From Octopus bimaculoides (Eukaryota), in NCBI RefSeq assembly GCF_001194135.2, contig NC_068985.1:32152121-32216120 (forward strand): a DNA stretch of 64,000 bases, written 5' to 3'. Below the pieces are notes generated by a model. That model did not search any database. It was not told where the DNA came from and was given only the letters and a program-made list of their open reading frames with translations. Of this stretch, positions 39,486-50,545 are shown one piece after another. Position numbers and translations under genes: made by a program. Within the stretch, counting starts at the first letter, position 1. Each line of letters begins with the position of its first letter.

Positions 39486-41389
39486 GTAAGGAAACATTTC
39501 AAATTTATTTTTCTCTCACGAGTTGTTTTTCAGTTTCCAAGTTATTTCAAATCAATCAGGCGTCTTAACCTTGACCATTCTGTCTTTTTGAAGATCCAAG
39601 ATTACATCATCCAATTAGTTCTTTTTTTTTTTACAGATGGTTAAATGTGATCTAAGAGATTTGGCTGCTATTTCTAGCAGGTCAAACGACCTTAGAAGCT
39701 TCTCTCGTTGGTTCTGTTAAAGAACTTTTAAACTCAAATCTATTTTTATGCCACTGCACCGACTTGTGTGTATAATTATGTATGTGTTTTTAGGAATATA
39801 ATAGATGTATGGACGTGTACGTAGGAATGTGTGGTATTGTTTACGTTTATCCCCAGGGCTGCTCTGATCAAGCAAACATGTGTTCAAAGGTATTCCAGCG
39901 TGACCATCTCGACATTTTGTATTGCTAGAACTAAACTGTTGAATGCATCCTGCCTTTCTTTTTGACGGTAGAGTGTTAAAGAAATTTCGTCGCTACTTCT
40001 GATAGATCAAATGACGGCATAGAGACTCCCCCGTTGGCTTGTGATATATTTAAGAATGGGTCAGTTGGGCGTTTGTTATGAACTACTAACACATAAATTA
40101 AGATTTTGAATTCTTAGTTTTTTTCCCCCTCCTGTCTTTGAATGCAGTGCTTGTACACGTCTTGGAAATGTCACCTGCAACAGACTAGTGTCCCATCGAA
40201 AAGGAGATTTATGTCTCATGTTTTTCAAGCCATTTTTGTTTTTGATTCTCGGTTGTACTCAGTAAGAAAGACATGAACAGCACACGATATGGTTTCCTCA
40301 GTCTTATTAACCCGTGTGTAAATCGATATGTAATATTCATATGACATTATGTTTGCGTGTATTTGTTTTTGCAAACTATTTTGCATAGACTTACAGATTT
40401 GCATAAATACATTTTTAGTTTCTGAGAGAGTTTTAGAGCAAAGTTTGAACAATTTTCTTACATATTCTATGGTGTACTACTTTATTTTTTAACAAACTCA
40501 GATTGTTACATCTATATCATCTGGTGATTCCTTTTCGCCTGGTTATTGATTATAAGTAGCTTATTGAGAGAATACAAGCATTACTAAATTAGCTGGGGCT
40601 GATGTGGTCTAACAAGGCTGAAAGTATGACCTTTGGTTCATAGATCAATAAGTTCCCTCAATAAAGTCTGAAGCTCAACTTGAATTCACTGTATGTAGAT
40701 TGTATTCATTCATATGAGGTCTATATGTCAAATAATATTATTTCCATCCATGTGGAAATTCTGGTATTTGTATGTGAAATTGTTTGTTCATTCATTTATT
40801 AACACTTTGTGTACGCTAACAATTTAAACATAATAGCAATAGCAATAGAACTTGCAAAACATTACTTTTTAAATCCACATGTATATATATTTACATTTAA
40901 ATACGTTGAAAATGCCATTTAATGTAAATAAATAAGCAAATAAAATCTAAAAAAAAAAAGTCGACAGGTGATCAAATAAGTTTTGTTAAACCTAGTAAGT
41001 TTTTTTATTACAATAAGGAATGTGTATGTAACTATAATTCCAATCTTTTACAAAAAACATGGTCTCTTTTTTGAAATAGCTCAAAAACCCTGAGTTTGTT
41101 TTGGGGTAGATAATATGACGTTTATACCTTTCCCAGAGGCATTAGTGTGAAACTTAAACTATGTTTGGGTAGAATGTTCTACAATGCTTGCTCATTCACA
41201 TAAAATCTGTTATAAATTACAAAAATTTATTATAAGATACTAAATGATATCTATTTCCATTAATTCTAATTCTGATATTTCCTTTGAGAAGTGCACACAC
41301 AGAGACTTCTAGCAGTAGCTTCTTAGATTGCAAGGTCAACTCTGTCTTAGGAATGCTAAAATATCTTCCAATAATATATTACTATTGAG

Positions 41390-41590
41390 GCAGTGAGCTG
41401 GCAGAGTTGTTACTGCATCAGAAAAAATGCTTAGTGACATTTCTTCTGACTTTATGTTCTGAGTTCAAATTTTACTGAGGTTAACTTTGCCTTTCATCCT
41501 TTGAGTGTTGATAAAACACTGGAGTTGATGTAATCAACTTGCACCCTCCCCTGAAATTACTAGCCTTTTGCCAAAATTTGAATTCAATGA
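41390..41590 (+). mobile_element. CORE-domain tRNA SINE
   Basis: Head GGCAGTGAGCTGGCAGAG, B-box GAGTTCAAATT and CORE motif TTTGCCTTTCATCCTTTG. Confidence 0.8.
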
Positions 41591-41599
41591 TTACTTGTT

Positions 41600-41789
41600 T
41601 CAGCCACTGGACTATTATCTTGAAGGGTTTTTTTCTGGCATGAATCAATCCCATTACTTATTTTTTTTTTTTTTAATCTGGTACTTATTCTATTGGCTTC
41701 TTTTGCTGAACTGCTAAATTACAAGGATGTTAACAAGCCAACATCTGTTGTCAAGTGCGGTGGAGTGGGGACACACACACACACGCACG

Positions 41790-41854
<65 letters not shown>

Positions 41855-42010
41855 TTTCTTTCAGTTTCCATTTGCTAAATCTACTAACAAGACTTTGGTT
41901 GGCCCAAGTCTACAGAAGACACTTGCCTTAAGTGCCACACAATGGGACTGAATCTGAAACATTGTGGTTGGGAAGTAAGTTTCTTTTCACATAGCTGTGT
42001 CTGTGCCTGT
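41600..42010 (-). mobile_element. Second tRNA-derived SINE family with an internal (CA)n; related pieces at ~34500-34630, 55290-55420, 56640-56720 and 63690-63900
   Basis: The minus strand has a tRNA-like head (...cttcccaaccaca...gattcagtccca...ggcaagtgtcttct) and ggaaactgaaagaa, then a microsatellite and a CORE-like tail. Confidence 0.7.
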
Positions 42011-43064
42011 GTCCAGAAAAATTTGTTTTATGCCTATTGAAAAGAAATCAGTGTTATTATTGGTGAGAAGTTTCTGTAATATTGCACTATTTCCCATAAG
42101 ATATGATTTAAGTAGCTATGTTGAAACATGAACAGAAAATCTCTTTGTCATCTAGAGAGATATAACAAAACAAAAAATGAGAAAGAAAGGAAGAAAAATT
42201 CTATGCGATGCCATTTTTAACAGAAATTCAGAAACTTTGTGACATCATATGCTATCAAAGGAATGTAAAAGTTTGTTTTGTCCTCAACTTTCTATATTCA
42301 CTGTTTTTCTTGTGAAATATCTTTAAGGTTTCTGGTGTTTGTCTTAATTTATCCTTAGGGAAATGTCCTAAACTCACAGGAATACAATCAAAAATGTTGT
42401 CTTCTGGTAATCCTTGAGAAATTCATCCTGACGGTACTCATTGCTAGCCAAGTAATATCCATGGTAAATTTTGAACTCAGCAATAGGGGCTAATGAAATG
42501 AACCTTACTTTTATAAAGCTCTTATTTCATTTAGTAGTGAACATTCATTTCATAAAGTACTTATTTACAACTACATGAAAGAGGGCATTGAAAATTAAAT
42601 ATCTTTTCTGTGGACACAATACAACTCCAGTCAGCTAGCCAGCCAACCATGTAATATAAGCTATCAAGTTGTTGTTTAGTAGGCCAGTACTATAGCTAAC
42701 AACTCAGCTGAACTATAGATATTATTTATTGTGTTATTCTTTTGTTGGTAAACTGCTCCATTTAGAATATTTCCTTTATAATGATAAAGAAGCAGATTTG
42801 TTGCATTGTTCTTTCATCTAATAATCATAAATTTAAATTAGGTGGTTGTTTTTTAAAATCATTTTCGAAAATATAATCACTTATATATATATAATTGAGA
42901 TATTATTGGGGGGAAATGTGTATAGAATGATGTCACACATGCTCTTACTGAATCAGATGTAATTTTCAAAAGTGAAGACTGTTGGATGAGAACAACCATA
43001 TCAGATTGTGTGTGGATGAGAACAACCATAACAGATCGTGCACATCACTTACCTTGGATGAAAT

Positions 43065-45115
43065 TTAGGAGTTGGTTAAAAAGTTCATAGGCTGACCAAG
43101 GAATGTGACCAAATGAGGTTTATTTTTCAACATAATCCTCCTTGCAGTCTACTCACTTCTTCCATTGATGTTGCAATGCTTGGATCCCATTGGTGAAGAA
43201 GCTTTCATTCTGTTGGTCAAAAAAGTCATCAACAACAGATATAATGTCATCGGACTCTCACTCAGAGTAAAAGGCAGACTGTATGACGCATGCGTACGAA
43301 CAACCATGCTACATGGCAGTGAAACATGGGCTGTAACTGCTGAGGACATACGTAAGCTCGCAAGGAATGAAGCCAGTATGCTCCGTTGGATGTGTAATGT
43401 CAATGTGAATACCCGTCAGAGTGTAAGTATCTTGAGAGAAAAGCTGAACATTAGAAGCATCAGTTGTGGCGTGCAAGAGAGACGATTGCGCTGGTATGGA
43501 CATGTGGTGAGAATGGAGGNNNNNNNNNNNNNNNNNNNNNNNNNNNNNNNNNNNNNNNNNNNNNNNNNNNNNNNNNNNNNNNNNNNNNNNNNNNNNNNNN
43601 NNNNNNNNNNNNNNNNNNNNNNNNNNNNNNNNNNNNNNNNNNNNNNNNNNNNNNNNNNNNNNNNNNNNNNNNNNNNNNNNNNNNNNNNNNNNNNNNNNNN
43701 NNNNNNNNNNNNNNNNNNNNNNNNNNNNNNNNNNNNNNNNNNNNNNNNNNNNNNNNNNNNNNNNNNNNNNNNNNNNNNNNNNNNNNNNNNNNNNNNNNNN
43801 NNNNNNNNNNNNNNNNNNNNNNNNNNNNNNNNNNNNNNNNNNNNNNNNNNNNNNNNNNNNNNNNNNNNNNNNNNNNNNNNNNNNNNNNNNNNNNNNNNNN
43901 NNNNNNNNNNNNNNNNNNNNNNNNNNNNNNNNNNNNNNNNNNNNNNNNNNNNNNNNNNNNNNNNNNNNNNNNNCGGGTGACACGTAAAAGCACCCACTAC
44001 ACTCTCTGAGTGGTTGGCGTTAGGAAGGGCATCCAGCTGTAGAAACTCTGCCAAATCAGACTGGAGCCTGGTGTTGCCATCCGGTTTCACCAGTCCTCAG
44101 TCAAATCGTCCAACCCATGCTAGCATGGAAAGCGGACGTTAAACGATGATGATGATGATGATGATGATCACTGTGCTGCTAGTTTCCAGCCAATTGTTTT
44201 TCATGTAGGAGAACAGATGGTAGGTGGAGCCAATTAAGGAAAATAGGAAAGGTGATCAACCAGTTCAAAGCCACAGTCACATACAACAGCCATTGACAGC
44301 AAGGATTTGTGTGCCGGAGCATTTTCCTGATGAAACAAGACCCCTTTCATCAGTCTTCCTGGGTGTTTGGTCTTGATAGCCTTTTGTAACTGCCTCAACA
44401 TAGTACTCACCATTGATGGTGTGGCCCATTTGAAGATAATCATCAAACACAATGCCTTTTGCATCCCCAAAAAACTAAGGCCATCACCTTCCCTGCAGAT
44501 GAAATGACCTTAACCCTCTTTGGAGCAAGATTGTCTCTTTGTCTTTGTCTCAAAGTGATGAAGCCAACACTCATCCTGGGTTAGGAAATGTTCAAGGAAA
44601 CCAGCAGGATCTGCCTCAAACAATGTCAGATTCTGCTGTGATGTGATCAGCCTGCTGTGCTTTTGGTTAGTTGTCAGATGTGACACCCACCAAGCAGAAA
44701 CCTTCATCAAGCCCAAGTTCATTGTGCAGAATATTCTTGACTCTCTCACAGGATATGCTAATAGCATTGGCTATTTGATTTATAGTTTATCACCTGTCAT
44801 CTATCACAATGTGGTGAACATGGTCAATGTTTTCCTTGGTGGTGGCAGTTTCAGGATGTCCAGACCTTGGGTCATCTTCAAGGCTCTCCCTTCCCCTCCT
44901 AAATTCAGTTGCCCACTTTCGCATGTTGATAAAGCTGAAAGCTTCATCTCCTAAAGTAGCAACTCTATCAACATGAATGTCATTGGGGTTAAGCCATTTT
45001 ACTGCAGGTAGTTGATAACACCATGATGGCAAATTTTGTCCATTTTCAAGAGAAGTACTACTAGTTACTTTTGAAATCTTCTTTGAACAGTCAGATGTCA
45101 GTTTGCATGGAAAGA
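43065..45115 (-). mobile_element. Approximately full-length degenerate mariner (DD34D), split by an RTE insertion
   Basis: KWATEFRRGRESLEDDPRSG (44790-45032), FLTQDECWLHHF (44510-44767), LFHQENAPAHKS (44234-44470), and a C-terminal EDYVEK*-type ending at ~43120-43230. Confidence 0.9.
43252..44166 (+). mobile_element. Young 5'-truncated RTE LINE inserted in the mariner
   Basis: GLSLRVKGRLYDACVRTTMLHGSETW...RLRWYGHVVRME with CpGs intact, then a gap, the 3' UTR and a (GAT)n tail. Mariner sequence resumes at 44167. Confidence 0.92.
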
Positions 45116-45399
45116 AACAATACAGTTATTAATAAGATTTTGAAATTAATGCATGCAAGATTTCACCAGCCCACCATTGTAAGTGGAAGAAGAAGACCAG
45201 GTAGACATGGGATGAAGTAGTCAATAATCCCTAATCTCATGATGATGAGCCTTACAAGGGACACAATGAAGAACCAAGTTGATTTGTAACATGCAGTAGT
45301 CAAGATGACCTGCTCATCTATGTAACACTAGCCCTTTTGATACCAACCTATCTTGGACAGTACCAGGTTGTATGAATTAAAGTTTATTTTCAATAGGTT

Positions 45400-45555
45400 T
45401 CAATTAAACCTTTCCATCAAAATTTCATGTTAATGTATGTTACAAATGTCAGCTTTATAATGACAAAGTTATTTTACTATGTTCTTCATTATTTTCAAAA
45501 TAATTCAAACAAAGGCAATGTACTCCAACAGAAATATAGTAACAAAAGGGTTAAA
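45400..45555 (-). mobile_element. piggyBac-like MITE end (TTAA-CCC); related ends at 46657-46712 and ~63060-63258
   Basis: The ends read TTAACCCTTT / AAAGGGTTAA. Confidence 0.55.
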
Positions 45556-45559
45556 AATG

Positions 45560-45595
<36 letters not shown>

Positions 45596-45617
45596 ATAAT
45601 AGAGACTGGAGGTATAT

Positions 45618-45838
45618 CATCATCATCATCATCATCATCGTTTAACGTCCGCTTTCCATGCTAGCATGGGTTGGACGATTTGACTGAGGACTGGTGAAAC
45701 CGGATGGCAACACCAGGCTCCAGTCTAATTTGGCAGAGTTTCTACAGCTGGATGCCCTTCCGAACGCCAACCACTCAGAGAGTGTAGTGGGTGCTTTTAC
45801 GTGTCACCCGCACGAAAACGCCACGCTCGAAATGGTGT
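45618..45838 (-). mobile_element. Young RTE-tail retroposon copy running into a gap
   Basis: Near-identical reverse complement of 43974-44166. Confidence 0.92.
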
Positions 45839-46574
45839 NNNNNNNNNNNNNNNNNNNNNNNNNNNNNNNNNNNNNNNNNNNNNNNNNNNNNNNNNNNNNN
45901 NNNNNNNNNNNNNNNNNNNNNNNNNNNNNNNNNNNNNNNNNNNNNNNNNNNNNNNNNNNNNNNNNNNNNNNNNNNNNNNNNNNNNNNNNNNNNNNNNNNN
46001 NNNNNNNNNNNNNNNNNNNNNNNNNNNNNNNNNNNNNNNNNNNNNNNNNNNNNNNNNNNNNNNNNNNNNNNNNNNNNNNNNNNNNNNNNNNNNNNNNNNN
46101 NNNNNNNNNNNNNNNNNNNNNNNNNNNNNNNNNNNNNNNNNNNNNNNNNNNNNNNNNNNNNNNNNNNNNNNNNNNNNNNNNNNNNNNNNNNNNNNNNNNN
46201 NNNNNNNNNNNNNNNNNNNNNNNNNNNNNNNNNNNNNNNNNNNNNNNNNNNNNNNNNNNNNNNNNNNNNNNNNNNNNNNNNNNNNNNNNNNNNNNNNNNN
46301 NNNNNNNNNNNNNNNNNNNNNNNNNNNNNNNNNNNNNNNNNNNNNNNNNNNNNNNNNNNNNNNNNNNNNNNNNNNNNNNNNNNNNNNNNNNNNNNNNNNN
46401 NNNNNNNNNNNNNNNNNNNNNNNNNNNNNNNNNNNNNNNNNNNNNNNNNNNNNNNNNNNNNNNNNNNNNNNNNNNNNNNNNNNNNNNNNNNNNNNNNNNN
46501 NNNNNNNNNNNNNNNNNNNNNNNNNNNNNNNNNNNNNNNNNNNNNNNNNNNNNNNNNNNNNNNNNNNNNNNNNN

Positions 46575-46610
<36 letters not shown>

Positions 46611-47259
46611 ACACATATATATATATATACCTCCAGTCTCTATTATTACTACCATTTTTAACCCTTTTGTTACTATATTTCTGTTGCAGTACATTGCCTT
46701 TGTTTGAATATATATATATATATATATATATAAATGCATTCACACATTTAGGTTCCTCACTCAATGTGTCTCTGTCAAGTTATCTACTTCTCACCACTCT
46801 TATATCTTTATCACCCATCCCTCTATCATTCGTGCTGTGTTATTCTGCCACTGTAATTAATGAAAGCAGAACCTGTTACTACATATTATTACCCTTCCTG
46901 TTCTGTTAGTCTTTCTCCCTTAACCACTTCCTATTGACATCCATCTCTTACTCTTGGCATCAATTACTCTCACTGACCAGACACTACCCCCTGTTTACTT
47001 CTGATCACCTCCAACCCTATTTCTCTCAGTGCTTACTCTCTGTATCTACACTCTTGTAACCTTTACCCACCCTTCCTGATTATTCTGATAGCATTCTCTC
47101 TTCATGTTATCCTCCTGGATGTGTTTTTGTGAGGGTACACTTTCTCCTCATCACTATCATTTTTATCTCTCTTTCCTGCATCCCTATACCTTCTCATATA
47201 TTATGAGTGGTAGTTTTGAATTTCCTCTCACTCAATTCATTCTATCTTTATCATCTTTG

Positions 47260-47340
<81 letters not shown>
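47260..47340. repeat. (CT)n/(CA)n microsatellite
   Basis: Directly visible. Confidence 0.95.
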
Positions 47341-47341
<1 letters not shown>

Positions 47342-48399
47342 TAACCCATGACACTATTCTTCCCATTCCCTTCTATTACCCATTTCCCTGGCATTGTCTC
47401 TGTCAATCTCTCCCTTTCACAACAATAAACGTGTTCCTCTTACATTACTCTAATTTCTCTCAAAACCTAGCCTAAAGTCATCACTCTCACTTTTATTTTC
47501 CCTCTCAGTTGTAAAAGCTCTCTGGTCTCTCAAGTTAAAAAGTGACCTAACAAGTGCTGGTGCCACAATGAAAATGGATTAGAAAATCAAGCAGACAACA
47601 TGGGGTTAAGAGGACTCTTTAGTCTTATTTGGGGAATGACAGCCTCTTAGGTGCCGGTGCCATGAAAAATGCTTCTAGTACACTCAGTAAAATGGTTAGT
47701 GTTAGGAAAGGCATCCAGCCATAGAAACTATATCAAAACTTTGATGTTTGAGCAAGATGTATTCATCTGACCTGTCCAGGTCTGTAACTCTAGTAAGAGT
47801 TGATGTGAGCTTTGTTAAACCATCCAATACATGCCAGTATGGAAAACCGATGTAAAATGATGATTATGGTATATTTTATCATGGAATAGCACTGAAAACC
47901 CACCCCATCATCAACTTTCTTTCACATCAAATCCTAATCCTAACACTATTTTCTTTTTCCTTGTCCCTTCTATTACTCCCCTGGCAATGTTCCTTCTTTT
48001 ACTCCATCTTCTACCAACTTATATGTTGATGATCTAGTTCTTGTACTGAATCTATGGGGGTATTAGAGAGGAAATTTCAGGCATGGTGCCTAAATCTAGA
48101 ATCAACAGGCTTCAAGGTAAACTTAGTAAAAGATTTTAGAAAGTGGGAAATAAGACAGGACCTTGGTATCTTCAGGAAAATGGGCTTGTTCAAAATGTAG
48201 AAAAAAAGGAGATATAAGCCCCTTATGCCATACCAAATATAAGCTATGGACTTAGGTATACTGGACTCACAGGTAGACTAACAGAATATATGCTTTTATA
48301 TGCATCTGATGTCTCAGATGATTTTTCATGCAATCTACAAAAAGGTGATGCTGATGTCTGATCAATGCTACACTTGAATGAGTTAATTTGTAAAGCTTG

Positions 48400-49690
48400 T
48401 TCTTGAGCAGCAAGAATCAGTCCTTCTGGTCTTTAGAAAAACCATCTCCAGAATTATTCATCAGCTTCATCTGATGTTTGCTGGAAAAAAAGTCTCTGTG
48501 TAGGACTTTCTCTTTCCATCTGTTGTCAAAACTGTTTTCCAGTTCCTCATTTTGTTTTTGAATAAATAGATCATATTTTTAACAGCCCCGACCATCTCCA
48601 GGCATTTTAGAATCTATTAGTGAGGAACCATATCATAAGCCATTTATAGGCTTGTCAATCTTCTATAACAGTTCCTCAAAATTGCCTTATCTATTGGCAA
48701 CTGATTCTTTGTTACTCATGATCACTTCCTGCAGCTTTCTCCTCATCTGCTAGTAGTTAATTTCTTGCAAGATGGTCATACAATTTCTTTCCTATTATTC
48801 CACTTAGAAATTTCCACATCATAGGCAAACAAGCAGCCAAACGATACTTAATGACCACACTTGGCTGAGCCCTTCTGAATCAACACAGCTCTTTCTTTGA
48901 CCATCTATTCTGGTACAGTACCTTGGTGTACACAGCCTTGCGGAAGTTTTTGTGGTTTAGGATGTAAATTCATCAAAACCTTGAACCAAAACCCTGAACT
49001 AGGCCTGGGCCTTCCAATTTCTCATCTTACCAACTCTCGCTTGAATATCATTCAACATGATGGTAATGTCCTCTTGTATCTCCATGTCATTGAATTCTTC
49101 TTCCACTTCATGTTCCAAAACAAAGTTGATTCTTTGGGATCAGGTAACTCTGCTTCTTCCTTATTTCCTCCAACCGTAGAACAGCTTCTGATTTATTCTA
49201 AACAGTTGATTCTGTTGAACTGTAGGCATCTTTCTTTGTATCTTTTGATCTTAATTCCATTCGCTTCAATCTTTTATCTTAACATATTCAATATAAATGG
49301 AGTGCCCTTATCCACTAGGCGATATTCTTTATTCATATTGTTTTGTTCTCTTTCATTGAGCCACTTACTTCCTTGATCTTACTTTAATCCTTCCACCATG
49401 TATTGATACTTACTTTTATTCTATTTTTCCAGAATGGTTCTTTGTTTCTCTGTACTTTCTCATCTCTAAACATTCTCATTTTCTCTGTGATGGCACAAGC
49501 AGTAGAATACATCAAGGAATTTAACTCGAAGTTCTCCTTAATTGGAATTCTCCTGACAACTTTATTCACTCTCCTGAGTTCTGATCTTAGCTTTGCTCTA
49601 TCACAGGTCATCAATGGTGGTAACCTTTTCCTTTCTTCCAGAATTCCTTCACAGAAAGTTGCTAGTTCTGGGCTAATTTCTTCTGGCAAC
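48400..49690 (-). mobile_element. Degenerate non-LTR retrotransposon fragment, R4/Dong-like (RLE-type)
   Basis: ORF 49384-49689 ends KEPFWKNRIKVSINTWWKD (cf. PxWKxRLxxxIxxLRKD). Around 48600-48700 the minus strand resembles IDKAILxNC...DYKKAYDMVPH, typical of this group. Confidence 0.6.
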
Positions 49691-50289
49691 TATCTAGTGT
49701 GAGGTACAACTATCTAGTGTGAGGTCTTTCATCTTTTTGGGGTCAATAAAATAGGTACCAGTTGAGCACTGGGGCAACATAATCGACCAGCCTCCTTCCT
49801 CAAGTTTTCGAGCCTTGTGCCTATAGTAGAAAGGATTATGATTATGTTACTCCTCACCTGATGTCAATCATCTCATCTTCCCCACCTCCCTCCAACTCAT
49901 ATGTATCATTAGTCACCCTCACCCAACCCAATTTCTTCAGTTGATACCTGTTTTCTCTTCCCTGCCTTCTATCCCTGAAGACTTGTTCTTTCTTATATTC
50001 ATTTTCTCACCCATTCCCTATCTCTATCCATCTTTTCTTTCTCATACACTCTAGTAACCTCTATATAACTCTATACATTTGCACTCCCTGTTTTCTATCC
50101 CTAGTCACTTCTACTTACTTTGTATTTTGAGGGTCTACCCAGTACCTCATCACCAGCTCCACTCCAGCCACTCCCCTCCTGTCTTCTATAATGTGAGTAA
50201 TCATGCAGTTCTTCTACAGCAAGAAGTCTGTTCTGGCCCCTTCTCACACTTGAACCTCTTGTTATATCCTTACGCCTCCAATATCATAG

Positions 50290-50545
50290 TACAGTTGATA
50301 TTGTCAACAATAGATAAAGAATAAACTGTAACAGTGTTATGACAGTGCAAAATAGAAACAGTTGCACTAACAAACACACTTTTACAAACTAACAATCAAT
50401 ATTTGCAACACACTCACTCAAACTATAAACTGTACCTGGACTTCAAAGACCAAATTATGAACTGCTGACTACATCAGACTGCTACTATTTATATGTAGTG
50501 GTCCTGTCTATTCTCATCAGAAGGTGTTATACTCTTGCCACAACA
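50290..50545 (-). mobile_element. 3' LTR of the Gypsy element, preceded by a polypurine tract
   Basis: The minus strand reads AAAAGGGGAGA (50546-50556) followed immediately by TGTTGTGG. The left boundary is approximate. Confidence 0.75.
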
